Positions 17,986-27,559 of a stretch of DNA of 64,000 nucleotides are shown piece after piece. The notes under the pieces were generated by a model that was not told where the DNA came from, did not search any database, and worked only from the letters and a program-made list of their open reading frames with translations. Numbering within the stretch: position 1 is the stretch's first letter; every line of letters begins with the position of its first letter. A program made the translations under genes and the position numbers. The DNA comes from Vicinamibacterales bacterium (lineage in GTDB: Bacteria; Acidobacteriota; Vicinamibacteria; Vicinamibacterales; SCN-69-37): NCBI GenBank assembly GCA_038319675.1, contig JBBQDM010000008.1, positions 59,185-123,184 on the forward strand. Reading direction: 5' to 3'.

Positions 17986-18615
17986 TCACTTCACCGGATC
18001 GACCAACACTTGAGCATCATTGACCGCATCCTGGAACCGGCCGCCCGTGAGGACGTTCAGCATCTTGACTAAGTCCGCGATGTCGGCGTATTGAATGTTG
18101 GCTGGGTGAGTGAGGCGATAGGCGGTCGCCGCCTCTGTTAGGTGATGGGCAACCCCATACCGCTCGCTCATCGACCCGCTGCTGGAATTCGCAGCCCGAG
18201 AAATCGGAACCACGCGAACATATTGCATCCCTTTAATTCCCGCGACACGTCGATTCATGACGTGATCGATGACCTCATCCCGGCTCAGCGATCCAAAGAC
18301 GTCGCAATACGCGCGCCGATATTTTCGATAGTCAACGTGCACCCAGATTTGCTGCACCGCATGAAATACACTCGATGCCGGCAAGCGCCAGATCGGCAAG
18401 CGATCATCGAGTGGAGCCGGATCGTACGCCGAAACCAGCAAAGCTTTCGCAGGATCGCCGGGTGTTAGCACCCGCTCGATGCTTCCGATGAAGGATTCAA
18501 TCGCAGCTCGGTCACGCGCCCCAATGGGCACATGGAGGCACGGGGGCAAGCCGAAGCTTCTCGATGCGGTGATGCCAGCTTGGTGATCCTTCTGGGGAGG
18601 TTGCATCGGCGCCAA
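17986..18615 (-). CDS. Hypothetical protein (209 aa)
   Basis: The ORF has coding-like composition. I recognise no motif. Confidence 0.45.
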   Translation of the reverse strand: MAPMQPPQKDHQAGITASRSFGLPPCLHVPIGARDRAAIESFIGSIERVLTPGDPAKALLVSAYDPAPLDDRLPIWRLPASSVFHAVQQIWVHVDYRKYRRAYCDVFGSLSRDEVIDHVMNRRVAGIKGMQYVRVVPISRAANSSSGSMSERYGVAHHLTEAATAYRLTHPANIQYADIADLVKMLNVLTGGRFQDAVNDAQVLVDPVK

Positions 18616-18656
18616 GCTTCGGTCACAAGCTCAGCAGACCCCGACGGGAGCCGCGC

Positions 18657-18848
18657 CTAGTCTCTTGTGATATGGATGCCGAGCCCAAATGCCCCTAGCA
18701 CCACGGCCAGAATCGTGGTCAAACAATTGCCGTCGTATTTGCCTTCGAACAGCATCTCGGCAAACAGTGACAGTCCGAAACCCAGCACGAGTCCCGAGGC
18801 GGTCCCAAAGTGCCGATATGGCCCGCCTCGCGAGACACCGGAGATCAC
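18657..18848 (-). CDS. Small two-TM membrane protein (63 aa)
   Basis: The GTG start overlaps the TGA stop of the upstream gene (GTGA). It has two hydrophobic helices (GLVLGFGLSLFAEMLF, TTILAVVLGAFGLGI). Confidence 0.45.
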   Translation of the reverse strand: MISGVSRGGPYRHFGTASGLVLGFGLSLFAEMLFEGKYDGNCLTTILAVVLGAFGLGIHITRD

Positions 18849-19537
18849 AGAACGTTGACTCCGCCGCAAGCGATTGTCTGCTGCGAACCGTCGCTCCTGA
18901 CAATCGTTATCGCGCTGCGCCCAATATTTGTCAAAACACGCCCATTCCAAAATACGCCGCCATCCTCAGGGATACACAGCACTGACTCGCCCGATTCACA
19001 TGCCAACGCGGCAATGTCGCCATAGTCATCAGGCGAGTAGTGACAAAACACACTTGCACCACAGAGCAGATCGAGCCCCGCCAGGTCCCGCAGGCCAACC
19101 ACATTCTCGTCGCGCTCGCGGCCGAGCGCTGCTGGTGCGATTGTGCGGCCCATCAGAATCGCGCCAGCGCTGCAGCCATAGACCACGTGCGTGCCCGTCG
19201 CAATACAGCGGCGCAAATACGGGAGGTGGCCTTCACGCCGAAGCCAGTCGAGCAGGCTGAAAGTGTTGCCGCCCATTATGAACACAGAGCCAACCTCATC
19301 GAGGCCCTCGCTGAATGAACTGGTGTCCATCACCGTGCGGATGCTGACCTCCGCCAGAGCTGGGCGATCTGCAAGCCATGCCTCGGCCTGATCCAGAGTC
19401 CATATGCCAGGAATTACTACGGCTTGTGGCAGGAAACCAATCGATGGATTTGGACCTAATATAGATCGATAGTAGTCATCGACCTCCAGAGACTCCGGCG
19501 CATCGCCTCCTCCCGCCAGAATTAGTCTTATTGACAT
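18845..19537 (-). CDS. Peptidase S51 (dipeptidase E / cyanophycinase)-like, class I glutamine-amidotransferase-like fold
   Basis: The start is MSIRLILAGGG. It carries the IMGGNTF and GCSAGAILMG (GxSAG nucleophile elbow) motifs. Confidence 0.65.
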   Translation of the reverse strand: MSIRLILAGGGDAPESLEVDDYYRSILGPNPSIGFLPQAVVIPGIWTLDQAEAWLADRPALAEVSIRTVMDTSSFSEGLDEVGSVFIMGGNTFSLLDWLRREGHLPYLRRCIATGTHVVYGCSAGAILMGRTIAPAALGRERDENVVGLRDLAGLDLLCGASVFCHYSPDDYGDIAALACESGESVLCIPEDGGVFWNGRVLTNIGRSAITIVRSDGSQQTIACGGVNVL

Positions 19538-19569
19538 ACTATTAAGTCTAGCATCTGGCCTAGCAAAGT

Positions 19570-21153
19570 CTATTGACGCGATGCCATCTGCTGCACTCGG
19601 CCATCGACCAGCGCTACGCGGAGAGTCACACCTCGTCTGCGCCCTGCATTCTTGATTGCACGCTGAACTTGCGCGACGCGCCTGTCCCACCGGTCGCCGC
19701 TCTGTAATCGAACGACCAGGAGCCAGCCATGTGTCACATCGTCGCTCTTAAGATATGCCGGGAGTTGCGCCCTGAGGCCTCGCCAGAAACGAGGGTGTTC
19801 GAGCTTCTTAACCTCAATATGAACTCTTTGGGAGAATCCGCTCGAAAGGGTGAAGTCAATCCGTCCTACTCCCAGTTTCACCTCCCGGCTCAAGATCACG
19901 CCGGTCGCCGCGCACTTTGCCCTCGCCACCATCGCAAAAACGTCCTGGACAACGCTCTCCGGTCTTTCTTCTCCATTGTCGTCACGGAACAATATCCATC
20001 CGCCTTCGACCTCGACGTAATGGCGAAAATCGGCAATCAAGGATTCGATGAACTGAATGAGCGCCGGCATACTGGCTGCGCCAGTTCCCGAGCCTCTACC
20101 AAAGTACGTCCACTTCGAGGAATGCAATCCGGATTCCCGTGCTGGCTGGACAGCACTCTGGGGCATCGGCAAAAGGATCGTGGAACCTTGGAATCCCCTG
20201 CGCGCGCCAGGAATCGCACGCACGGCGCGCGAGAATCGCTCTAAATTTCCTAGAAATAGTGCCTTTAGGACCGGCTGCATCGCGTCGCAGATCGGTCGCA
20301 GAACACCCTCAAGGTCTCTTGGCATACCCAGCTGAAATACGTGGCCCCGAGTCGAACAAATCGTATATTCCGCCAACTCTTTGTTGCCAAGCAGGGCTGA
20401 CTCTGCCACGTAGAAGCCCAGGTCCTCGTGCTTACTCATGAAACTGTCGGTCGGCAGGTACAGTGCGCGCCGTTCGGCAAAATCGTGCATGAGCACGTTG
20501 ATGGTGTGACCTGCCTCGCCCAGAACAAGGGCGAGTATTAGCGCCAGGGGCGAATGGACCGGATCACGCGCGGCCTTAAACCGCTGAAGGTGGGCGCGCA
20601 CAGCCTCTTCAGTGAGGTAATACTTGAATCGAATCTCTGGCAACCGGGAGACCGTGGGAGTGAGATCGGCCCCCAGCTCTTCGGCTCCACCTTCAGATAG
20701 GTGCCTCCGGATCGCGCCGTGTACGCCTTCGAGTAGAAGGCCGTAGGCTTTACCATACGCGGCCAGGAAATGTGCCTCCAGTTGCGCGTACTCATGCTCC
20801 ACGTGTCGGCGGAGATGCTCAGGTAGACCCGATAGAATCCTCGCGACCGCCGCGGACCAGACAAGCTCAACGGCATGGAGTTTACCGGCTGACAGCACTG
20901 TAAAGCGTGCCTTAATCAGTGTTTGGCGGCGGCCCGTGCGCGGTTGGAAGTGCACCGCAAGGCACCTGCCCAGATCAACCATTTCTGTCACCAACTCGAC
21001 TACGTGACCACCACGTAACTCGATTGTGTGCCCAGCGATCTTAGCGTCTTTGGCCCTGAGGAACGCTATCAGGGAGCCGATAGTGCCTTCGATGACCGCG
21101 TTCTCCACTGAGTCCAATTGCTCTGGCCAACTCTGATCGAGAGTGTCAATCAT
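19570..21153 (-). CDS. Hypothetical 527-aa protein with C-terminal PD-(D/E)xK-like nuclease region
   Basis: The C-terminus has GVGRIDFTL...RVHIEVKKLEH (D...ExK pattern). The N-terminal ~350 aa are unrecognised. Confidence 0.5.
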   Translation of the reverse strand: MIDTLDQSWPEQLDSVENAVIEGTIGSLIAFLRAKDAKIAGHTIELRGGHVVELVTEMVDLGRCLAVHFQPRTGRRQTLIKARFTVLSAGKLHAVELVWSAAVARILSGLPEHLRRHVEHEYAQLEAHFLAAYGKAYGLLLEGVHGAIRRHLSEGGAEELGADLTPTVSRLPEIRFKYYLTEEAVRAHLQRFKAARDPVHSPLALILALVLGEAGHTINVLMHDFAERRALYLPTDSFMSKHEDLGFYVAESALLGNKELAEYTICSTRGHVFQLGMPRDLEGVLRPICDAMQPVLKALFLGNLERFSRAVRAIPGARRGFQGSTILLPMPQSAVQPARESGLHSSKWTYFGRGSGTGAASMPALIQFIESLIADFRHYVEVEGGWILFRDDNGEERPESVVQDVFAMVARAKCAATGVILSREVKLGVGRIDFTLSSGFSQRVHIEVKKLEHPRFWRGLRAQLPAYLKSDDVTHGWLLVVRLQSGDRWDRRVAQVQRAIKNAGRRRGVTLRVALVDGRVQQMASRQ

Positions 21154-21180
21154 GATCCGGCAGACACCAAACCCGAACGA

Positions 21181-21813
21181 TCAGACCCGTCGGGCAACTG
21201 GGATGATCATGTGGTCGGCACTCCAGTACTCACATCCCTCATACGGGTGCAATCCGTCAACGCGCACCAGGCGAACATCGGCGAAGGACGCCAGCAGTTT
21301 GCACAAATGCTCGTGGCGAAAATCAATCGTCTCGTCCGAAAAATACGTCAGCACGCCCCCAGGACGCAGTAGGGAAGGGGCCACGGGAATGAACGGATAG
21401 TGATTCGATTGCCACTCCTCTTCGGTCAACGGATAGGTGTCGAAGAGGATGCCATCAAACTGAACTTCCAATGTTGGGACAACATCTTGCCAGAATCCCT
21501 CTATGACCTTCGTTGGCGTCGTTTGAGACATGGCCCACTGTCTCGCTCGGTCTGCGATCGTTGGGTGGGCTTCGATGATCGTGTAGGTCCTGCAACCGTG
21601 CTTGAGAATGGCGTCGGCTGATATTCCCATGCCGAAGCCGACTTCGAGGATGTCGCCGTGGTTCTCAGTAACGAGTTCAGCAAGTTTTTCCATCAACGGG
21701 ACTTCCCAACGTTGCATTACCTGCCAGCTCCCGATCAGAAGCTGAGTGTCCGACTCCTGGACCGGTAAGCTTGGCCATGCCGCGCGCCCCCCGGGATATT
21801 GCGAAAGCTTCAT
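21181..21813 (-). CDS. Guanidinoacetate N-methyltransferase (GAMT/RMT2)-like SAM-dependent methyltransferase
   Basis: VMQRWEVPLMEKLA...ILEVGFGMGISA...FDGILFDTYPLTEEEW...LLRPGGVLTYFS closely parallels the animal GAMT sequence as I recall it. Confidence 0.75.
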   Translation of the reverse strand: MKLSQYPGGRAAWPSLPVQESDTQLLIGSWQVMQRWEVPLMEKLAELVTENHGDILEVGFGMGISADAILKHGCRTYTIIEAHPTIADRARQWAMSQTTPTKVIEGFWQDVVPTLEVQFDGILFDTYPLTEEEWQSNHYPFIPVAPSLLRPGGVLTYFSDETIDFRHEHLCKLLASFADVRLVRVDGLHPYEGCEYWSADHMIIPVARRV

Positions 21814-21814
21814 T

Positions 21815-22591
21815 TCAATTCCTCTCAATCTCTTGCGCACCGCGAATCCGGAGCGGGCAGGCGGCACCCGTGTCGGAGTCGAGGTCCGGCAACCAGTACT
21901 GCCGCCAGTCCCAGGTTAGATCTGCTGGCTTCGCTCCCAGAGCCGCCGCTGGGGGCATGCCATCGTAGACCACGAGATCTCCTCTAATCCGACTGCGGAC
22001 TTCAGAAGCGCGAGTTGAGCCACCCACGATTTCGTCGAGGTTGTCGAGCCGCTGAATGATGAGCATCAACCCATCGGCCGAGTACCGGCTGCGCCGATTC
22101 GTGTAGTTGGACGAGTGACCGTTGACAAACACTGGAGTGCCTGCAAAGCAGAACGACCACTTGGGATCTGACGGTGCAGTGGGCACCGAGCTCGGCCAAG
22201 GCATGGCGTCAATGTCATGAAGCTGCTGGAGAATGACCCAAAATGCGGCCTCATGCATGCGCAAGTCAAAGACGTTTGCCAGTGACCTCTCGAATACGGC
22301 GAGCACTGGCCGACGTCCATCAGTCTTCTTTAGTGCCAGGAAGGACATCAATGCGGCTCCGAGCGGCTCAGCACTTCGATAATCGTCCAGGAGAAAGAAG
22401 AAGAAATCGTCAGTTTTCAGTGCTGTTCTTGCAAAGAAACACGGGAACCGCGGCACGGCGTCCTGCACCGTTCGAATCAATCGAGAGTGCGCCGAGACAA
22501 GGTAGTCTGGGATGCGCTCAAGCGCGTTGCTAAAGGTGCTGTGGCGGAATAGACCTTGGTCGTGCAAAGCATCGCTATCGTTAACTAGCAT
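21815..22591 (-). CDS. YqcI/YcgG-family protein (family includes the heme-dependent guanidine N-hydroxylase GntA)
   Basis: Has the FPCFFA motif and the later FVNGHSSNYTNRRSR segment typical of the family. Its stop is 1 nt from the methyltransferase start. Confidence 0.65.
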   Translation of the reverse strand: MLVNDSDALHDQGLFRHSTFSNALERIPDYLVSAHSRLIRTVQDAVPRFPCFFARTALKTDDFFFFLLDDYRSAEPLGAALMSFLALKKTDGRRPVLAVFERSLANVFDLRMHEAAFWVILQQLHDIDAMPWPSSVPTAPSDPKWSFCFAGTPVFVNGHSSNYTNRRSRYSADGLMLIIQRLDNLDEIVGGSTRASEVRSRIRGDLVVYDGMPPAAALGAKPADLTWDWRQYWLPDLDSDTGAACPLRIRGAQEIERN

Positions 22592-22778
22592 TCCGGCCCG
22601 CTCCTATCAGGCTGCCAACGGACTACCGAGAGTTATGTGTGCCAACCTCGTATGCACTTAACTACACTGGGGGGCGTATCTTTCTATCACAATAGAGGTT
22701 GTCTGTGGCGTCCGCGCGGCCCACTAACCCGGATAGTTCATTAACTCATCTGACCAAGGCATCGTAGCAGTTGAAGAA

Positions 22779-25700
22779 CTACTTCATGCGGAGTCGTGTC
22801 AGCGCCCCAACGACGGTCTGTGCAATCGACTGATTCTGGGCAGCCCGTCCGGCGGCCTGTAGTTGCCTCACGCGGACGTTGTACCCGCGAACCGATTTGT
22901 CGGCCGCTCCCGGAGCGACGTCGAATTGACTCAAGTGGGCAAACAGTTCTTCGGGTGCGAGGACGTGAACCCTTTCGGAGCCAGGTGTCTCAATATCCTT
23001 CGAAACTGCCGCTCTCAATTTGCCGAGCGACCGACGTTCAACGACGACTGAGATAACTTCGCCGATTCCTGCGGCCAGGCACTTCCGAATGTTGCCGATC
23101 TCGTAATCTGTCCTTGACGCGACAGACACCTCGCAGGCAATAGAGCGACCGCCCCTTTCAAGAAGGACGTCAATGCTTCCGAGGCCGTCGAGAATTGGCT
23201 TTTCGACCGTGGCTTTCCAGCCATTCGCGTCAGCCCACCTCCGGATCAAGTTCTGGAGGTATTTGTGTTGCGCACCGCCACGACCCGGCAGGGCCAACGG
23301 CACCTCGGGTACCACATGATGGTCACGGACAGGCGGCGGATCAGCTGTCGGTGGCTGTTCTGCATCGCGACTTGGTCGTGGTGGACGTCGTTCGACTACA
23401 GGTTCTTCCCGACGGGCGTGTTCCGGTTCGACCACGACAGGCCGGCTTGCATACTGTTCGCGCGACGACCGTACGACGCGCTGGTGGCGGTCCTCCGCAT
23501 CGGCAACGCGCGGAAGCGGCGGCGGGGCATCCAACGAGAAATCGGTGTCCGCTCGGTCCACTCGGCAGATCGCCTGCCCGACGCCAAGATTCTGGATGTC
23601 CCTGGTAGTGAAGCCCGAAAACCCGTCTTCCAGTTTTCGTGCATCGTCGTCTCCAACACGGAAGCAGATTCGGGTAGCAGCGTTCGCCAGAACAGCGCCG
23701 GCAACATCGCGGTCCTGGTTCCACAGTTGTCGGAGTTCTTGATGAGCGAGCACCAAGCCGATCCGGTACTTGCGCGCGCCCGTGAGGAGCGTGGCCATCG
23801 ACGGTGTCACGAAGTGCTGGAACTCGTCGAGGTAGACGAAGAACGGTCGACGGTCCTGCTCCGCAATGGACTGCCGACCCAAGGCAAGCTGATGGATCTT
23901 GGCGACAAAGAGACTGCCGAGCAGCGCCGCGTTCTCCTCGCCGATTGCACCCTGTGCCAGCTTGACGAGGAGAATCTTCCCCTCGTTCATGATGGCGGAG
24001 AAGTCGAGGCTCTTTGGCTGAGTGACCATACTGCGCACGAGTCGCGGACGCAGGAACGTGTCGAGGCGTGTCAGTAGCGGCGCTTGCGGTCGTCCCGCGA
24101 GGAGCGGGAATTCCTTCTGCCAGTAGTACACGACCTCGCGGTCCTGGACGGTCTGCAAGAACTCCTTCCGGAATTCCGCTTCAACGAGGAACCGACGGAG
24201 TTCAGCCAGCGTTCCACCTCGTGGACTTTCAAGGAATGCCAGGATCGCGTTAGAGAGCACCGATGTCATCTGGTCGCCCCAGCTTGTCGAGAGCCGGCGA
24301 AACACGGCGACGAGGTCGGATGCAAGGAGCGTTTTTTCGAGCTCAGAATTAGCCGACAGGATGTTGAAGGCGATCGGGAAATCCGTGTCGGCGGGATCAA
24401 CTAGGATGACGTCATTGATTCGGCCATCAGGGACATGAGCGAGCACGTGATCAATGAGATCGCCGTGCGGATCGATCAAGGCGAACCCATGTCCGTGTTC
24501 CATGTCCTGGGCGAGCATGTTCAGGAGCAGGGTTGACTTGCCAGTCCCTGAAGCTCCAACGAGGTGGGCATGCCGCAGCCGCTGGTCCAATGCGACGGTT
24601 ACGTTCTGCGTGACGCCACCGTGCGTGTTGGTCCCGAGACACATCTCGTGGCCGAGAAGCACCTTCGGCACGGCCCTCGTCCGTCGATGTTCGCGGGTTA
24701 GCCTCCTGGCTCTGACGACTGTCGAGGGAGGATGAACGAGGGACACCAGTTCCTCGCTGTTGAGGAGCATGCCGGTGCGGTGGCTTTGCCGTGCAAGCAC
24801 GTCGCCCACATGCACGTCATCGGGGTAGTCATCGTTTGAGAGAGCGATTAGCTCATTGCTCGACGGATTGCCCAATTGCGCGAACGATCCGCCAATCCGT
24901 TTCGCGACCTGCCACGCCCGTTCGTGGGCAGGACCTCGCACTGCCAATCGGATGACGGCAGCAAAGAGCGGTCGGTCGGTCTTGTCTTTAGACAGTGGAA
25001 GAAGCTCTGGCGCATCGGCGAAGAAGGCATCACCTTGCCAATCCGTCACCGAGCGCATGATGCTCGCCGCCCAGGGTGCGCGCGTGGCCTGGAACAGCAC
25101 CTGGACGACGGCCACCTCGCCGTCCGCGAGGTCCCCCAGAGAACCCAACACGCCTATGAGCGGATCTGTGTCAAAACGAGGGAACGTCTTGATTGGACGC
25201 ATGAACTCTTGCGACAGGCCGAAATCAACAACGACCGCAGGCCCTCGTCCAAATGTCCACGCATCCACAAGAGCGTTCGTCTCTTCAGAAATGACCGCCT
25301 CTGGAAAGTATGCTCGGACTTGTTCCTGCACGTGACTGGCGTCGGACAGGGCAGAGGCCATTTGGAGCCTGATCGATTCCGATGTCGCTAACACCTCGAA
25401 GCTAACTGGCGCGACACACGTCGATAAACTGAGCAGGAAGTGCTCGGCGAGTTCGGGAGCAACCTTAACGTCTGGCGGCAGAGCGACCTGGATTTCAGTG
25501 ATGTCGTGATCGCTAGCAGGTTCCGGTTCAGGTTCGGTGACTTCTTGAGATTCGACGTGTACTTCCCGCACACCCCCACCTACAAGCCTGCTGAACCAAG
25601 CTCCTAGTGGAGTCGGCTTGCGAGCATCATCAGTGATGGGAACAACTGGAGCGGGATCAAAGACAAATGGCCTGAAAGGTGGTTCAAGTTGAACGGCGTA

Positions 25701-25814
25701 CGGCGCGAGATCCCAACCGCGTCCACGCCGTTCCCACTCGTAGAACGAAGAGGTTAGTCGGACGGCCTGGGCGAACGTTGCGGAGTCGTCCTCTTCAAGC
25801 TCCAGAGACATCAC
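22779..25814 (-). CDS. TraD/VirD4/HerA-like P-loop ATPase with unknown N-terminal domain and C-terminal PD-(D/E)xK-like domain
   Basis: Walker A is VGASGTGKST. It also has DPHGDLIDHV, VILVDPADTDFPIAFNIL, Walker B FFVYLDEFQHF, and ARKYRIGLVLAHQ. The C-terminus has GSIDVLL...IACEVSV. Confidence 0.7.
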   Translation of the reverse strand: MMSLELEEDDSATFAQAVRLTSSFYEWERRGRGWDLAPYAVQLEPPFRPFVFDPAPVVPITDDARKPTPLGAWFSRLVGGGVREVHVESQEVTEPEPEPASDHDITEIQVALPPDVKVAPELAEHFLLSLSTCVAPVSFEVLATSESIRLQMASALSDASHVQEQVRAYFPEAVISEETNALVDAWTFGRGPAVVVDFGLSQEFMRPIKTFPRFDTDPLIGVLGSLGDLADGEVAVVQVLFQATRAPWAASIMRSVTDWQGDAFFADAPELLPLSKDKTDRPLFAAVIRLAVRGPAHERAWQVAKRIGGSFAQLGNPSSNELIALSNDDYPDDVHVGDVLARQSHRTGMLLNSEELVSLVHPPSTVVRARRLTREHRRTRAVPKVLLGHEMCLGTNTHGGVTQNVTVALDQRLRHAHLVGASGTGKSTLLLNMLAQDMEHGHGFALIDPHGDLIDHVLAHVPDGRINDVILVDPADTDFPIAFNILSANSELEKTLLASDLVAVFRRLSTSWGDQMTSVLSNAILAFLESPRGGTLAELRRFLVEAEFRKEFLQTVQDREVVYYWQKEFPLLAGRPQAPLLTRLDTFLRPRLVRSMVTQPKSLDFSAIMNEGKILLVKLAQGAIGEENAALLGSLFVAKIHQLALGRQSIAEQDRRPFFVYLDEFQHFVTPSMATLLTGARKYRIGLVLAHQELRQLWNQDRDVAGAVLANAATRICFRVGDDDARKLEDGFSGFTTRDIQNLGVGQAICRVDRADTDFSLDAPPPLPRVADAEDRHQRVVRSSREQYASRPVVVEPEHARREEPVVERRPPRPSRDAEQPPTADPPPVRDHHVVPEVPLALPGRGGAQHKYLQNLIRRWADANGWKATVEKPILDGLGSIDVLLERGGRSIACEVSVASRTDYEIGNIRKCLAAGIGEVISVVVERRSLGKLRAAVSKDIETPGSERVHVLAPEELFAHLSQFDVAPGAADKSVRGYNVRVRQLQAAGRAAQNQSIAQTVVGALTRLRMK

Positions 25815-26587
25815 GCCGCCTTACGTGCGTAGAACTCGCGCATGACGGGTTTTCGCGCGGATTCGGTGAGCGCCCGGATGCCCTTCTCAGCCGTCATGGT
25901 GTCGATGACTTCGAGCACCGCGTTATGCACTGCGGTCTGAAACATCTCCATCGTGTCGAGGCGGTAGAACGTTGCCGGCTTGAAGAGCCACGCATACAGC
26001 GGACCGAGCAGAGGCAAAGCCCGAATATACTTGTCGTCGAACTGACCATCAGCAGCGAGCGTGTTCGCCGCGACTAATCCACCAAAGACCACTACCAGGA
26101 GAATGACGGTGCCCCACGTAAAGCCGAACGAGACCAGCATCCAGAGGGCCACAATGAGCATGCAGATGAGCACCAGAGCCCTCAGGATCGGATTCATCGT
26201 CGGCAGGTCTTCCGTGAGCCACCAGGACACAAAGAAACCGGTGCCGAACGGGGCACCGCAAACATCGAAGCTAAACGATTCGCGCGTGACGTGCAAATAC
26301 TCCCGCTTGGCGGACAGGATTCCGGCTTCCTGATAATCGACACGGGAGTTCTTCGTTTCCGGGACCTGCCGGCGGGAAAGTGCCGCCTCAACTCCTTGAT
26401 AGAAGGCCAGAGGTGAGGCCTGGAAATTCTCGATGAGTGTGGACCAATGAGAGACGACGCTATCCAGGCCTTGAGCAGCCATGCAGTCCTCCGGATGGAT
26501 GTGGACGCCGCTTAGTTCCAACCGCGAGACTAAACCGCGATAGCCATGACGCCGAAATCCTACACCAGAAGCAAGGAGGTTTCTCAA
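25811..26587 (-). CDS. Membrane protein (cytosolic N-domain plus 3 TM), partner of the ATPase
   Basis: Has a 4-nt start/stop overlap with the 1011-aa gene and the TM helices FFVSWWL, ALVLICMLIVALWMLVSF and VILLVVVFGGLVA. Confidence 0.6.
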   Translation of the reverse strand: MRNLLASGVGFRRHGYRGLVSRLELSGVHIHPEDCMAAQGLDSVVSHWSTLIENFQASPLAFYQGVEAALSRRQVPETKNSRVDYQEAGILSAKREYLHVTRESFSFDVCGAPFGTGFFVSWWLTEDLPTMNPILRALVLICMLIVALWMLVSFGFTWGTVILLVVVFGGLVAANTLAADGQFDDKYIRALPLLGPLYAWLFKPATFYRLDTMEMFQTAVHNAVLEVIDTMTAEKGIRALTESARKPVMREFYARKAA

Positions 26588-26626
26588 CCCCTCAGGTGAG
26601 TCCCACTTTCGGTTATTCTCTCGAGC

Positions 26627-26845
26627 ATGAACGACGACCCAGAAGCGGCGGTGGTCCGGTCATACCGGAGCACGGTGGAAGCATTCAGAGGACTTCTGAC
26701 AATTGCTGAGGGCCTCGTAGCCGCACATCGCACTGGCCAGATTCCGACTGCAGATGACTTGGCGCACATCGAGAAGCAACTTCTCAGTGGGAAGACAAAG
26801 GTGGAGAAGCTCGATGTGTTCCTTGCTCTGTGGCGCAAAAACTGA
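26627..26845 (+). CDS. Hypothetical small protein (72 aa)
   Basis: The ORF is divergent from 26587 with a helical-looking sequence. No clear RBS. Confidence 0.3.
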   Translation: MNDDPEAAVVRSYRSTVEAFRGLLTIAEGLVAAHRTGQIPTADDLAHIEKQLLSGKTKVEKLDVFLALWRKN

Positions 26846-27044
26846 TGACCAGGTGCACTGAGCCCAGTCGATGGGCGGCTGACACGGCTTCCCGGAGTCG
26901 AACCGTGTGCTCAAGTGTGGGGCCGCGCTATGGATATCCTCGCACGTTGGCAGCGATGTCGGCGGCGAGTCTGAGGCGTGTCCGATGCGGGATCAACCCT
27001 GGGCTTGCGTCAGATAGTGTGACCTCCGAGATTCCCAGGTCGAT

Positions 27045-27257
27045 TCATTTGTTGCGATTTACATTATCCCGCTTTGAAGAATCAGGATTGTCCCTGACGT
27101 ACTTGCGTCCCTCAACCTTGATAACGTGCGCATCTGGGTGCTTGCCTGCCTCTACTTCTTTGACTGCCGTCGTTCTTGGGACTTCTGGGCGATTGCCAAT
27201 CTTGTAGGTTTCGTTTCTGCCCCCGGGGCCGTCGTTGTTGCCAATGATCTTTGTCAT
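27045..27257 (-). CDS. Small protein, DUF3892-like impression
   Basis: The C-terminal ...GRKYVRDNPDSSKRDNV resembles the YxRTxPDxxxxDNL ending I associate with DUF3892. Confidence 0.4.
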   Translation of the reverse strand: MTKIIGNNDGPGGRNETYKIGNRPEVPRTTAVKEVEAGKHPDAHVIKVEGRKYVRDNPDSSKRDNVNRNK

Positions 27258-27309
27258 AGTCTCCTCTTGTATCGTTCAGGTTCGATGGTATTGCTCTGAA
27301 TCTTCGCCG

Positions 27310-27504
27310 CTACCGCCCGCAGCAACTGCTCGCGGAGAACTGACCATTGCTCGCTCTGCAACGCTGCACATTGCTGTCGAAGGTATAAGGACCAGCGGTG
27401 CAGGAGGCGGGCGATGTCGGACTGGGCTTGCAAGACAGCGTGCCGCCCAGCGAAGCGAGCCACAGCGCCGCCAGAACAACGAACATGAACGGTCTTCTTC
27501 TCAC
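27310..27504 (-). CDS. Small secreted Cys-rich peptide (64 aa)
   Basis: Has the signal peptide MRRRPFMFVVLAALWLASLGG and 5 Cys in a ~40-aa mature part ending in CCGR. Confidence 0.5.
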   Translation of the reverse strand: MRRRPFMFVVLAALWLASLGGTLSCKPSPTSPASCTAGPYTFDSNVQRCRASNGQFSASSCCGR

Positions 27505-27559
27505 TGAAGATTCTCCAAATCTAACGAGCTCCGACCTCGATTACGGCAAAGCTCCGATT

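Noticed and set aside
23265-24077. Long antisense or shadow ORFs inside well-supported genes. Examples: 23265-24077 and 24856-25335 in the ATPase, 36997-37743 in the kinase, 39454-40191 in the ADOP permease, 56662-57279 in gajA.
   Set aside because: Each lies opposite or out of frame to a gene with clear family motifs. The translations are Arg/Ser/Pro-rich, as is typical of non-coding frames in GC-rich DNA.
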